Shown here piece by piece: positions 27,552-37,938 of a DNA stretch of 64,000 bases (its first letter is position 1; each line of letters opens with the position of its first letter). The notes under the pieces were generated by a model that saw nothing but the letters and a program-made list of their open reading frames with translations, was not told the DNA's origin and did no database searches. The translations under genes were made by a program, and so were the position numbers. The stretch spans positions 92,270 through 156,269 of the IMG/VR virus record IMGVR_UViG_3300048838_001106. One strand, given 5' to 3'. This stretch comes from a virus.

Positions 27552-27937
27552 GCGATCTCCTTTGAAGGTACCTGCGGTACGGATGTGTTTGTGTAAGACC
27601 ATTTCGTGTGATGCTCTGCTGAGACTGCTTTGAACATATTTCCATTAGGGGAACTGGCATGCTCCAGAGTCCCGTGATTTGTGGCAGATGACAAGGCACT
27701 TGCTATGGTGTGCAGATCCCAGCCCTTAGGCCATTTGGTCACACCACGAGGCAGCGCGTATCTGGAGTTAGGGTCAGCTGCTGCCATATCAACTCTTTCC
27801 GCGTCTATCTGACACAGCAACAAGAAGTCACCAACAGTGTCGATGTGGACCCACGTCCTACATTGAGACAGGTGTGCTACCGCTGCCCAGGCTTTTTCTT
27901 CGTGGAGTTCCCCAATAAGTCTGAATTTTTTTCCCAT
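27548..27937 (-). CDS. hypothetical protein
   Basis: 129 aa; preceded by TTGCTA-N17-TAGATT (27971-27999). Confidence 0.55.
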   Translation of the reverse strand: MGKKFRLIGELHEEKAWAAVAHLSQCRTWVHIDTVGDFLLLCQIDAERVDMAAADPNSRYALPRGVTKWPKGWDLHTIASALSSATNHGTLEHASSPNGNMFKAVSAEHHTKWSYTNTSVPQVPSKEIA

Positions 27938-27992
27938 ACCATCACACTCTGTTTTCTAGTCTGATGGCAGAATCTAACCTGCCTGGCGGACA

Positions 27993-29756
27993 TTAGCAAG
28001 GGTCGTTAGCAGGTCCATCTATGCCTAGCGCTCTTACAGACACATCACTTTCAGAATTGTTCTGTTCAATGTCTATTCCAGAGTCTCCAGTAAGAGCCGC
28101 TGTCGATGACACTCGATTTATGGACTCGATGACAGAGAACCCACTGGAATCTGCAGGTCCTAGCAGCAGTTCGAGCGCGGCCCGAAACGATGACACGCCA
28201 GCCGCTGTCTCACTGCCGGCCACAAAAATCAACGCAGCTACTGACTCATCGCCGCGATCAAACGGAGGTCTGTTCTCAACCGACTTGTTTAGCAAAAGGT
28301 CTCCTACAGTGCGCATCATGTATGGCACGCCTCCCTGACCTGCAAACACGGTAGCATAAGCACCTATGTCAGAGGTAAGAAGGCCTGCTAGCATTGACTC
28401 CAGGCTGCCAAGCAGATCCAACAGCTCGTCTAACTGGTCTCTGATGGCGCGTATGGCATTCTCAGTGCTTTCCAGCAGTGACGCTGCTTCATTTCTGTAG
28501 CCAGCGTACGTTGAAGACACGGCGTCTATCACAGCTTGAATCTTGGCTATCAAATCCTGGACACCTGGCGCGAAAGACAGTGGATTGTTAATGGCAATCC
28601 AGTCGGGTACTCGACCCTCAACAAATTTTTTGTAGGGAGCTTGTTGGCGCAGATTCACGCGAACCTGATTGCTCAGAGTGGCGAATGTCGGCGGGAACAC
28701 CGCCGTGTCGCTACCCATTGTAATTTCTACACTGAAGCCGACACTGAAATAGTAGTCGTCTGATGGGTCAAATCCGTGCACGATGATGCTGTGCAGAGGC
28801 GTGGATGCGCTGACAGCACCCGCTATTGGGATTCTAGCCACGCCACCGGGCACGTCTATGCGCTTCACTTCGCGAAGCGACAGGTCATCCGAATTTTTGA
28901 TCCGCACAGACCTGCTCACAAAGATGTGTGTCGACACAATTCGATACGAAACAGGCCCAGATGCGGAGAAACTCAGATCAAACTTTACTACTGGAGTGGG
29001 GTCCCAAAACAGACGAACGGCGTATTCTCCTGGCGGAGAAGGCCGCTGCATTATCAGCGTGCGAACCGTGGCGCCTTGAGGCACTGGTATGCCTGCCAGA
29101 CTAAGCACCTCCTCATCGCCGATCGAACGTGCTCTTGGTACTGCAATGGGTCTTGCCTTGACGTTTTGAGGCACGGGCATGCGATACTGGTCCATCGGGG
29201 TTGGAAACGACACACCAAAAAATCTTGACAGGTTCAGCACGTCTCTTAGAACAGACAGGTAGTTAGGAGCTCCTATCAGAAGGATGCCCCCGGCCACGTA
29301 GGCGTCATTTGAGAACATAGGTCTAGAGTAGTCCCCTGCGTCAAACAGCGACTCTACGAATTTTCTGTACAGACCATAGTTGCCCCCATCCCCAAGAAGG
29401 TCTGGCAGGCCTGTCTTGTCCAACAGCAGCCCGTAGGCTGCGTCCCCGAAACCGCGAGCTGGAATAACGGGTGCTGCAGACTTGCGCTCGAATGGCGGTA
29501 TTGGCGGCACGACCAACACATGCCCCATAGCTGGCTGCAGGAAATCTTGTAGCGACGCAGATACCGCGTCGATCGCCGCCTGGATTGCTAGCGATTTCAC
29601 GTCAAACTCGGTGCGAAATGTGCTCACTATCCGCATCAACGAGGTGCTTGTCGTAGACAGGTTCTCCAGCGTTCCCATCAGGTCTGTAAGTACCTTTAGG
29701 GTGCCGGACGCCTCTTCAAATATAGGTAGCTCGTATTGTGCCTTGTCCCATCTCAC
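27993..29756 (-). CDS. putative baseplate-associated protein
   Basis: 587 aa directly downstream of the spike gene; helical ends around a central Fn3-like region. Confidence 0.5.
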   Translation of the reverse strand: MRWDKAQYELPIFEEASGTLKVLTDLMGTLENLSTTSTSLMRIVSTFRTEFDVKSLAIQAAIDAVSASLQDFLQPAMGHVLVVPPIPPFERKSAAPVIPARGFGDAAYGLLLDKTGLPDLLGDGGNYGLYRKFVESLFDAGDYSRPMFSNDAYVAGGILLIGAPNYLSVLRDVLNLSRFFGVSFPTPMDQYRMPVPQNVKARPIAVPRARSIGDEEVLSLAGIPVPQGATVRTLIMQRPSPPGEYAVRLFWDPTPVVKFDLSFSASGPVSYRIVSTHIFVSRSVRIKNSDDLSLREVKRIDVPGGVARIPIAGAVSASTPLHSIIVHGFDPSDDYYFSVGFSVEITMGSDTAVFPPTFATLSNQVRVNLRQQAPYKKFVEGRVPDWIAINNPLSFAPGVQDLIAKIQAVIDAVSSTYAGYRNEAASLLESTENAIRAIRDQLDELLDLLGSLESMLAGLLTSDIGAYATVFAGQGGVPYMMRTVGDLLLNKSVENRPPFDRGDESVAALIFVAGSETAAGVSSFRAALELLLGPADSSGFSVIESINRVSSTAALTGDSGIDIEQNNSESDVSVRALGIDGPANDPC

Positions 29757-29757
29757 G

Positions 29758-31221
29758 TCAACCTCCGATCTTCACGAACGTAGACTTTGCCGCAGAAAGT
29801 GATCCTCGACTCAGAGCGTATGGCGGCAGAAATGGTGGAGCAGTAGGTATGATTCCAAGACCTGGATGAAAATGAACGTGGGTGTCTATCATCGCTCCAA
29901 ATATGTCCATGAATATACTAAGTGTTTCGAACAGCACAGCACTGAATGGGCCAACACCGGACACCCCACCGAGTTTAACGTTGCCAGCTACTGTAGAGTT
30001 GAGTTCAATCTTCCCTAATACCGACGAGATAGCTATGTCTCCTGTCAGGGTATCTACCGTGAAACCACTATGACGCACTTGTGCGTCTACTCCAGGCTCC
30101 CCAATCTTAAAGGCGACATCTCCGTTTCCTACGGTAAACAGCAATGCCGGGTCTGCTGATGTGACATCCCCGGTAGCTGTTACCAAGGTGTTTCTGAAAG
30201 ATGACAGCAACAAGTCGTGCGCGGCCGCCAGACCAATGTCGTTGCTAGATCGAACACGGTGACTACCACTCGTGTCGTGGTCAACATTTTTGCCTGTTAT
30301 GACAGTGCGGCTGCCGCCTACCACGTCGGTCTTGTCTTGCTCTGTACTTTCGTATCTGCTGCCTCCAGTAGCGTCCCAGGAGTCTCCTTCCACGGCAGAC
30401 GTCCTTTGAGCCATCTCAGTGTCTACACGGCCATCGGGGTCAACATGGATGCGATATAGGTTTCGGCCACTCCCATCCGTCACGCGGAAGTCCACGAGCT
30501 CACCATCGTCTCCAAGTTCGCACCTAATGCGAAAATTTTCCTGGTCTGGGTTGGACTCTACATCACAGTCTGCGCCCGCCCGCAGTATGATAGATGTTTT
30601 GCCGTCTGACGTTTTGAAGTCTAATGACCCTGCCCCTGTGTAGATGCTAAGATTCTGCCCAATAAGACGCAGCATGTTCTTAGCCTGGGTTGCTATTATC
30701 TGCGCAAGGTCGGCAGCTTTCATAACAACGCTTCCGCCTTCCAGGACACCTAGCACATTTCCTAGATCCCCCATTTTCAGCCAGTCGCCGCTGACCACGT
30801 CTTTTGGCTTGTCGCCGCGCAGGTCGTTGTCACCTCTTCCAGTGTAAGCAGTGTCATTGCCACCCACTGCTGCTACAGGAGTAACCGCTATTGGAGCGCG
30901 ACTCTTTGCCTGGTTTTTTTGTGAACCAGGCTGCGCGTCAGGAGTGATTGGCAACAACATAGGAGTGCCGAGCTCGTACATCACGGTGTATTTGTCCCCG
31001 CGCTTTGGTACCAAAATCTCCCCAGAGTTGTTCGGCCACGGCACACCTGCCAGGAATTTGCCCTTCTCTGTAAAGACGTCGCAGCAGTACGTGTCTGGGT
31101 ACACCTCATGGATGTACGCCTTTTCCCATCGCTGACGTGAAGAAGCGAATGCCGCGCCTTTCATGGCTGCCAGAGCGGCATTCGAGGCAGGATTTGGATT
31201 TGGATTGTAAGGATTAAACAT
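29758..31221 (-). CDS. baseplate central spike (gp5/VgrG/GpV-like)
   Basis: N-terminal OB-like region, beta-helix-like repeats (V.G.....GG.R), C-terminal DTHVH metal-binding motif; ATG at 31221 with GGAGG. Confidence 0.65.
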   Translation of the reverse strand: MFNPYNPNPNPASNAALAAMKGAAFASSRQRWEKAYIHEVYPDTYCCDVFTEKGKFLAGVPWPNNSGEILVPKRGDKYTVMYELGTPMLLPITPDAQPGSQKNQAKSRAPIAVTPVAAVGGNDTAYTGRGDNDLRGDKPKDVVSGDWLKMGDLGNVLGVLEGGSVVMKAADLAQIIATQAKNMLRLIGQNLSIYTGAGSLDFKTSDGKTSIILRAGADCDVESNPDQENFRIRCELGDDGELVDFRVTDGSGRNLYRIHVDPDGRVDTEMAQRTSAVEGDSWDATGGSRYESTEQDKTDVVGGSRTVITGKNVDHDTSGSHRVRSSNDIGLAAAHDLLLSSFRNTLVTATGDVTSADPALLFTVGNGDVAFKIGEPGVDAQVRHSGFTVDTLTGDIAISSVLGKIELNSTVAGNVKLGGVSGVGPFSAVLFETLSIFMDIFGAMIDTHVHFHPGLGIIPTAPPFLPPYALSRGSLSAAKSTFVKIGG

Positions 31222-31279
31222 ACGCGCCTCCTGAGGCTGATTTCCGCACAATAGCGCGAAAAGCCGCCGAGGGCTACGC

Positions 31280-32041
31280 TTACTTCGTCTTCAGTAGGTC
31301 CAGATCCAGCTGGATGTTACTGTTCGGCACGCCACCGGCTTCCATTGCGGCAGCCATCACAGACGAGTCGTTGTGAGCAACAGTGGTCTTGAGCTCTGCG
31401 CCGAATATTGGCTTGAGACGGTCAGCCATACCAGACACGTTTTCCATGATCATGTTCTGTCCTGCGCCAAACGACGTATTCCACGAGTTCAGCATGCACA
31501 GTTCGATGTAGAACGCGCCGACGGTATCTTGCGCCACGCTGCGGAAAATGACTGCTAGACCAAACGGGATATAGAACAATTCTGAGTCAAGGTTCAGCCA
31601 CGCTTTTTCGTCGTTGGTTCCGCCATACGAGGCCGGGGAATCTCCGAACTTGGAAAAGTCGATATTGGCCTGCTTTGCGTTGGTGTACAGAACACGAAGC
31701 AGGTTTCGACCGTTAACCCACAGACGCCCGATGTTGAAGCTAACCTGCCCCTTGCCTGTCAGGAAGAAAGTTCTTCCCGAACCAACAGCCTGCATGGGCT
31801 GCAGTGGCTTTGAGCAGGACACACCCATCTGCGCTACCATACCCACAGGGAGCATCACATCAGCGAACGACGATCCTGCCGCGTTACCCGTCGGCAGGCG
31901 GGCTGGCCCAGCAAGCACCATCGTGTTGTTTGGGTGTGCGGCAGTGAACGAGGCATCGTCCATGAGACGCTCAACGTATTGCTCTTGAAAACTCCACGAG
32001 CTGATGTCTCGCGCAGTGGTTACGGGTCTGTTGTTTGCCAT
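31280..32041 (-). CDS. tail tube protein
   Basis: Downstream of the sheath gene; PMQAVGSGRTFFLTG, YIELCMLNSW, MIMENVS tube-like motifs. Confidence 0.65.
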   Translation of the reverse strand: MANNRPVTTARDISSWSFQEQYVERLMDDASFTAAHPNNTMVLAGPARLPTGNAAGSSFADVMLPVGMVAQMGVSCSKPLQPMQAVGSGRTFFLTGKGQVSFNIGRLWVNGRNLLRVLYTNAKQANIDFSKFGDSPASYGGTNDEKAWLNLDSELFYIPFGLAVIFRSVAQDTVGAFYIELCMLNSWNTSFGAGQNMIMENVSGMADRLKPIFGAELKTTVAHNDSSVMAAAMEAGGVPNSNIQLDLDLLKTK

Positions 32042-32082
32042 GTTATGTCCTCGCAGATGCGTGTATTCTTATCAGTTTCGTG

Positions 32083-32928
32083 TCAACCCTGCGCGTAGTC
32101 AAACCCTGCGCGTGCTCCCAGCCCGCCGCCTGCTATTCCACCTGCAGCGCTTCCGATGATTGAGCCGAGTCCTGAGCCTGTAGCGGCACCCAGTCCTGTG
32201 TTGGCGTAGTTCTTTCCGAACAAGCGTTCTTTTAGCGTAGGGTCTCGCATCAGATCGTAAGCCAGCCCAGCTCCGCCGCCGGCAAGACCTCCGAGGCCAC
32301 CTCCAAGCACACCTCCCGCGAGGCCGCCTCCAAGCGCACCTCCAAAGCCACCTGCCCCTGCAGCTACTCCTGCCAGCACACGGTTTCCAGGGTCTGCCAG
32401 CGCTGCGCCGCCTCCTGCAGCCAGCAGCGGGCTCAGGCCGCCCGCGATGCCGACGATGTTTCTGTCTTCCATTGCAAGCTTTTCGAGAAATGGGCGCCGA
32501 ACCGACGCCTGTTTCTTTCCTGCATAGGCGCCCTGCGCCATGTTATGTCCTGCACTTCCTCCCATGTATCCGCCAGCGACAGATCCCAGCGCTGCACCAC
32601 CCATGGCCCCAAGACCTGCACCAGCAGCTGCGGCACTATAGTCCTTTTCCCCGTCCCACCACTCATCCCACGTGGGGTCACGAAGAGCATCATAGGCCAG
32701 GCCGATGCCGCCGCCTAACAAGCCGCCTCCAACACCGCCAATGGCTGCGCCGCCGTACTGCCCTGCACCAGCCATGGCGCCAGAGGTTAGGCCAGATCCA
32801 ACGCGGGTTCCGGACGGTGCCAACATTGCTGACATAGGTGCGGCGCCCCACGGCCCAAGAGCGCCGCCTGCGAGGCCTACCAGTGTACTATCTTCAATAG
32901 CAATTTTTTCAAGAAATGGACGACGCAT
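32083..32928 (-). CDS. glycine-zipper protein with two tandem RRPFLEKxA-led units
   Basis: MRRPFLEKIA... and ...KQASVRRPFLEKLA; long GxxxG arrays. Confidence 0.75.
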   Translation of the reverse strand: MRRPFLEKIAIEDSTLVGLAGGALGPWGAAPMSAMLAPSGTRVGSGLTSGAMAGAGQYGGAAIGGVGGGLLGGGIGLAYDALRDPTWDEWWDGEKDYSAAAAGAGLGAMGGAALGSVAGGYMGGSAGHNMAQGAYAGKKQASVRRPFLEKLAMEDRNIVGIAGGLSPLLAAGGGAALADPGNRVLAGVAAGAGGFGGALGGGLAGGVLGGGLGGLAGGGAGLAYDLMRDPTLKERLFGKNYANTGLGAATGSGLGSIIGSAAGGIAGGGLGARAGFDYAQG

Positions 32929-32940
32929 GTTTCGTTTCCT

Positions 32941-35556
32941 TTAAGCTACAAGGCGCATTGTTACGCGATTAAGTGGAGCAGGAAGAGTGAGGTCCATCAT
33001 CACCTCTACATGGTCTCTCTGCCCTTCCAATACTTTTATGCTGGCCACACGACCTGCGATCAGCGGTGCGCCGATGCGCGGCATATCCATGCGTTGCAAC
33101 TGACGAGACCCTCCGTCCAGCGCTTCTTTCATCAACCCGATTGTCGAGTCAGTCACGTTGTATCGGCCGATGAAATCGTCAACAATGTCTTTGTAGAAGC
33201 GGCTGACATAGTCAAAGTTTTTGACCATGCTGAATTCGCCCGACTCTAGCGTTGAAACGTCAGTGGTGAGCTGGTGCACACAGTATGGCAGTGTGTTTGG
33301 CGTGTTCTGTGCGAACAGATAAATTCCAGAGTTGGACAGCGTTGTCAGCTGCGCCTCACTGAAGTAGCGAGAGGAGTGTCTGATCTCCGAAATGCCAGCA
33401 ATGCCAAGATTCGTAAAGCCTTGTTGTGGCGGCAAGCCCGCTGTCATCGCGCCGACAACAACAGCCATGTAGTAGCCGGGCAGGAAAGACTGCGTGCCGG
33501 TAGCGTTGTTCTGCACGCCAGACACCTTTACCTGGTCAGGCCACACAGCCAGTACTCTGCTCGAGCTGATAGACTCAGCGATGCTAATGAGCTCAGACAC
33601 CTGTCCTGGCTTGTCAAGCGTTCGAATAACGCGATAAGAGATGCCATCCTCGGACCCATAGTCGTCCTGCACAACGTCAGCGCCTACAGCCAGACGCACC
33701 TGGTTGTTCGACAACACCGCTGCGATAGGATACGTGAAAGTAAGAGTGGAGTAGTCATCTGCGGTCAGGACTGTAGGAGCAAGAGTCACTTCCAGCAGGT
33801 CACCTACAACCACACCGGAGTCCAGGAACGTACCAACCGAGTCTATCACGATGTGTCGTGTGCCGGTGATAAGCAGAGTTCCCCCTACGTCGTACAGTAC
33901 AGGCTCCTTGAATTTCGCCGACACAGTGTCATTAGCGGCCCAGATAACAGGCTCTGAGAGGGTGTACTCCATGAAACCCACGCCACCAGCGCTGATAGAC
34001 TCCACAAAGAACAGGTTGTCTCCACGGCTGCTAAGCCCGTCGTTGGCTACGTCAGCAAAGGTCAATTCTATTATTTTGAACTCGTGTGCAGGGTCGTAAT
34101 CAGCGTCAGGAACTGTCACAACGCCAGGAGCAACTATAGCCACTGTAGCTGCAGCTATTTCTATTGCGCCGAAGCTTGTCGAGGGCCGGTCGATCCACCA
34201 AGTGTTCCCGCCAGCACCGAACCACGTCTCACCGGTACCAATTGGTGCGGCAGTAGCAAGCCCTGTTAGTCCGTCCGTGGGACCAGTAAGCAACAGATAC
34301 TCCGGCACGTTAACGTCCGCACCGTACTGCACGAACACATCCCCGGCCAACACTGTTGACGTGTTTACGCCTACGTCTACAACGTAGTTGCTCAATGTTG
34401 CATCGTGCGTCGGCTCAGCGGTAGAGGCGTTAACGATGGTTTTTGTCACAGGCAACTGCCCAAGGTTTCCAATAAGTGATTTGTACTGCGACACTTCTGG
34501 AATGGCTGAGCCCTCAACAACAGTCTTCAGGGCTGCGATTACGGACAGGTCTTCTGTAAGAGGAACTAGAGCGTAGATGTCTTTGTAAGACTCTGTCTCT
34601 GCAGCCATCGCCTGGTATGCTTGCAGCCTGTCCAGGTCGCCATTCAGGTTGTCTCCGGTTATGCCGAAGTAGCTTATAGAACTGGTCGTGTTTTGCAGAG
34701 CAAGGTGTAGTGCCACAGCCAGAGGATTCCGTTCGTCAATTTTCCCGACGCTGGACTCGATTAGTCGCGCGTCACTTATCTCGCCTACAAGAGCCAGGTC
34801 CTGGCGCAGAGACTTGTACGCGAAATACATTTCGCCATACATGACTGTGGCAGCGGTGGTGGTACCAGGAAGCGTGACTGTGTGGTTGCCAAGGACTGTA
34901 ATCTGGTTGCCAGACACAACAATGTTGTCAGGACTGGTAGTTTCGACATGCGTCAGTCGCCGCTCGACTCGGTATTTTAGCCCAGTGAACGACGCGCCTA
35001 CATAAGGCACACCGTGAGCGTCCAGTCCGTCCTCGGCATACGCTGTAGACACAACGATATTTGTAGTGTCCACAGAGACTACAACACGCGTCACGACAGT
35101 TCCTGCATCGTCGGTGACCAGGATGTCTCCAGGCAACACGCCCGCCGCTTCAAAGTCAGTTGCGCTAGAAAACGTGTGCTCCATGTTAATCGTGTTGTCA
35201 TAAGCGCCGCCTTCACCAGCACTTCCTGGCACTAGAACGTAAGCCTCACTGAAGAACAACTTGACGGAGGATGCGTCCAACACAGCGCCCAAAACGTTGC
35301 CAGGAGCGTCGGACAAGACACTTGCAGTGGCACCTTCGACATACGGGTACACAGAGGCTTCGCCGCCTATGATGGCTGCCTGCACGTTAAACTTCGTGCC
35401 ATACTCGCCCCCTGAGGCTGCTGCAGCGTCACCAGGAGAGTCCATAAAGTGGTACGCGGGGCCAGCAATCAGAGTAACCAGGTCCGGCGTAGCAGCGGTG
35501 AAGTTCTGCTGTGCAAATTCTTGATATACGAGTACGAGCGGTCGTTGTGCAGCCAT
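32941..35556 (-). CDS. contractile tail sheath protein
   Basis: 871 aa; C-terminal RVLAVWP, PGYY.A..V, FS..QL..L...G, HQLTT, FIGRYN, P.PLNRV. Confidence 0.8.
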   Translation of the reverse strand: MAAQRPLVLVYQEFAQQNFTAATPDLVTLIAGPAYHFMDSPGDAAAASGGEYGTKFNVQAAIIGGEASVYPYVEGATASVLSDAPGNVLGAVLDASSVKLFFSEAYVLVPGSAGEGGAYDNTINMEHTFSSATDFEAAGVLPGDILVTDDAGTVVTRVVVSVDTTNIVVSTAYAEDGLDAHGVPYVGASFTGLKYRVERRLTHVETTSPDNIVVSGNQITVLGNHTVTLPGTTTAATVMYGEMYFAYKSLRQDLALVGEISDARLIESSVGKIDERNPLAVALHLALQNTTSSISYFGITGDNLNGDLDRLQAYQAMAAETESYKDIYALVPLTEDLSVIAALKTVVEGSAIPEVSQYKSLIGNLGQLPVTKTIVNASTAEPTHDATLSNYVVDVGVNTSTVLAGDVFVQYGADVNVPEYLLLTGPTDGLTGLATAAPIGTGETWFGAGGNTWWIDRPSTSFGAIEIAAATVAIVAPGVVTVPDADYDPAHEFKIIELTFADVANDGLSSRGDNLFFVESISAGGVGFMEYTLSEPVIWAANDTVSAKFKEPVLYDVGGTLLITGTRHIVIDSVGTFLDSGVVVGDLLEVTLAPTVLTADDYSTLTFTYPIAAVLSNNQVRLAVGADVVQDDYGSEDGISYRVIRTLDKPGQVSELISIAESISSSRVLAVWPDQVKVSGVQNNATGTQSFLPGYYMAVVVGAMTAGLPPQQGFTNLGIAGISEIRHSSRYFSEAQLTTLSNSGIYLFAQNTPNTLPYCVHQLTTDVSTLESGEFSMVKNFDYVSRFYKDIVDDFIGRYNVTDSTIGLMKEALDGGSRQLQRMDMPRIGAPLIAGRVASIKVLEGQRDHVEVMMDLTLPAPLNRVTMRLVA

Positions 35557-35587
35557 TGTTTACTCTCCAGTGCGGTTCATGCGCGTT

Positions 35588-35616
35588 ATCATGGACCAAT
35601 CAGGTTAAATGTTCAA
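35588..35616 (-). promoter_or_regulatory. sigma70-like promoter upstream of the sheath gene
   Basis: TTGAAC-N17-CATGAT. Confidence 0.4.
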
Positions 35617-35652
35617 GCTCCAACTGCGCAGCCTCGACACGGATCGCCTGTG

Positions 35653-36603
35653 CTAGGGCCAAGATGCGTAAGCCAGATTTTCTCTATTGTTCCAGGCGGT
35701 TGTATAATTGTCCGCGCCCAGGGAATAAGATCGATCCTGAGTGCCCACGTGCCGTCTGTAGATGTACCAACTGCCAAGAATTCTTTTTACGTAACCAGTG
35801 TAGACGTAATCACCGGTCTGTACAGGGTCGTTCGCCATAACGAACTCTTCAGGGGTGACCCAGCCTACGGCGTAGCTAGCATCAGACAACTTTGTTAGAA
35901 CTTGCCCTTCTGATCCACCAGGCGGTAGGTTGACAGGCCACATGACGGTGGTGCCAGAAATAGTCTCAGCACCAGGGTCGGCGCTGTCCGAGGACGCCAA
36001 ACTAGCGCTAGATACAGCTAACGAAGCACCCCTCAACACAGGGGATGCCTTAATGGTATACCAGCGGTGCTCCGCCGTTATTCTGAAGTCAACATAGGTA
36101 ACAAATTTGTGCTCATCGCGCGGATATGGCGCCACTGGACTCAGAACGACTGGGCCTATGTCTCTTAGAGTGAATGCGTGCGTTAGTTCTGGCAGTGTCA
36201 TGCTTATAGCGCTCTGCACTATGTCTCCCAGGATAGACGCTTCCCCATACGTCTGGCCTATGCATTCCAGGCGGATGTCAGTCTCCATAGCCCCGTATGA
36301 GTACTTACCGCCAGTTCGAAGCTCATTTACGTTGTTCTGGTCTCGATCGGCTAGCACATTTCGCGTGTGGATAACCGACCCACGTGTGACCACGATTGCT
36401 GGAGATTGGTTGGTCGTGCCTTTGGCTATGTTTAGCTCTGTGTCTATGAATATACCGGTGTCGGCCTCATTGTCTAAGTATCTCCACGGTGTCTTGTCGG
36501 TAGAGAATCGGTGCCGAAGAAAAGACGTGAACTTAGCCAGTATGTTGATAGGCGAGTTCTTGAACACCAGGTCAGAGGTGTGTGCTTGTGGGTTGTCCGC
36601 CAC
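35653..36603 (-). CDS. putative tail terminator / neck protein
   Basis: Lies between neck and sheath genes; PAIVVTRG motif; C-terminal appended module. Confidence 0.5.
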   Translation of the reverse strand: MADNPQAHTSDLVFKNSPINILAKFTSFLRHRFSTDKTPWRYLDNEADTGIFIDTELNIAKGTTNQSPAIVVTRGSVIHTRNVLADRDQNNVNELRTGGKYSYGAMETDIRLECIGQTYGEASILGDIVQSAISMTLPELTHAFTLRDIGPVVLSPVAPYPRDEHKFVTYVDFRITAEHRWYTIKASPVLRGASLAVSSASLASSDSADPGAETISGTTVMWPVNLPPGGSEGQVLTKLSDASYAVGWVTPEEFVMANDPVQTGDYVYTGYVKRILGSWYIYRRHVGTQDRSYSLGADNYTTAWNNRENLAYASWP

Positions 36604-36605
36604 GC

Positions 36606-37025
36606 TTATCCTCTGAAGTGTCGAGGCGCAGCAGCGGAGGCGTCAGCATCGTGTCCTCGCATTCTGCGCAGAATTTCGGCACGGTCTTGCATGCGTTGCA
36701 GCTCCATTGCATGCTCAAATTTCTTTTTATGAGCAAGATCGACGCCAGCGTGCGCGCCGCCAAGACCGCCAAGCAAGCTGCCGATGGCCGCACCTGCGAG
36801 ACGTCCTTCGTTGTTTTCAAGCCGCTGTGTGCCTGGGATAGGGATATTGAAGAAGTTCCGGTGTGTCTGCGAGGCTACAAGGTCTCCGATACCCGCACCT
36901 ATCGCGCCACCCAACACGGCACCCGTAGCACCTCCTCCCGCACCGTATCCCTTACTCATTTCAGGGATGATTCCAGCAAAGTCATCTTGTGCTAGTTTTT
37001 CCAAGAATGGCCTTCGTTTATACAT
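36606..37025 (-). CDS. glycine-zipper protein with RRPFLEKLA leader
   Basis: MYKRRPFLEKLA; GAVLGGAIGAGIG; GAAIGSLLGGLGG. Confidence 0.7.
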   Translation of the reverse strand: MYKRRPFLEKLAQDDFAGIIPEMSKGYGAGGGATGAVLGGAIGAGIGDLVASQTHRNFFNIPIPGTQRLENNEGRLAGAAIGSLLGGLGGAHAGVDLAHKKKFEHAMELQRMQDRAEILRRMRGHDADASAAAPRHFRG

Positions 37026-37935
37026 GAGGTAGCTCCATCAAACTGTCTGACGTGACAGGCACTTTATACTTTATAGATGTTGAAGCAACTTCTGTACAGG
37101 TACAGAATTGCAAGACACGACGCCGCCTGAGACTGCTGATGTCAATGGCATTGACTTCCCAGCGTCTGTTCGAGTCAATCTCTACCAGGACGTCCTCTAT
37201 TTCGATTCGAGGAAAGTCGATGGTGTCTATCTTGGCGCGGATTATTTCTGTAGTACCAGCAGACTCTAGTGACGAAGACGTTGGAGATTCCGTGACTCTT
37301 CCCAGTGTTATGAATGCTGGGTAGTAGCCGCCAGTCCAACCTGTCCCGAAGCACGACAAACAATTAGACACGAGCACGTGCTTGGTCACGTGATCAAAGC
37401 ACACTGTGCAGCGCTCGCCGTAGTGTTTTCGCTTCAACACCGCGACTTCAACACCAGAGAAGTGCCGCAAGGCAACCATAGATCGACGTATCACATTGTT
37501 TTGCACTAACTGCAGGCGCTTGTCGATGCCTGAGCCTTTGCTAAACGTTGTGGCTGGCAGAGGACTAGCCGTGTCATTGACTGGCGCGAGACCAATAGCC
37601 TGCACCGACGTGTAGTGGGTCTGCTCGTTTCCGCGTGTGTCTGTCGGCGGACTATAGTGTGAGCGACCAGACGCGTCCGTTGCTTTTACACGGTACCATA
37701 TTTCGCGAGTAACAGACCACAGTGACGCCTCCGACGTTCCATTCTGCGCGTCCTCGAAGGTGTCTGTGTAGTAAACAGATAGCAAACCATTAGCCAATTC
37801 TAGCCACGGCCCGCCTGGGCTACCCGATCTTTCAATGGAGAAAGTGACTGCACTTGGAGATGCCGCGTTCACAGTCCATTGGACTAGAATCCATTTCGGG
37901 TACTGGTGCAGTGTGTGTACAATCCTTACATCCAC
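37018..37935 (-). CDS. putative head-closure / neck protein (Fn3-like plus Zn finger)
   Basis: CTVC...CLSCFGTGWTGGY; position in the head-neck-tail gene order. Confidence 0.55.
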   Translation of the reverse strand: MDVRIVHTLHQYPKWILVQWTVNAASPSAVTFSIERSGSPGGPWLELANGLLSVYYTDTFEDAQNGTSEASLWSVTREIWYRVKATDASGRSHYSPPTDTRGNEQTHYTSVQAIGLAPVNDTASPLPATTFSKGSGIDKRLQLVQNNVIRRSMVALRHFSGVEVAVLKRKHYGERCTVCFDHVTKHVLVSNCLSCFGTGWTGGYYPAFITLGRVTESPTSSSLESAGTTEIIRAKIDTIDFPRIEIEDVLVEIDSNRRWEVNAIDISSLRRRRVLQFCTCTEVASTSIKYKVPVTSDSLMELPHV

Positions 37936-37938
37936 TTG

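Noticed and set aside
27993-37935. Stand-alone contractile injection system (eCIS, tailocin, T6SS)
   Set aside because: Capsid, prohead protease, helicase and RNAP genes are contiguous with it, which indicates a phage.
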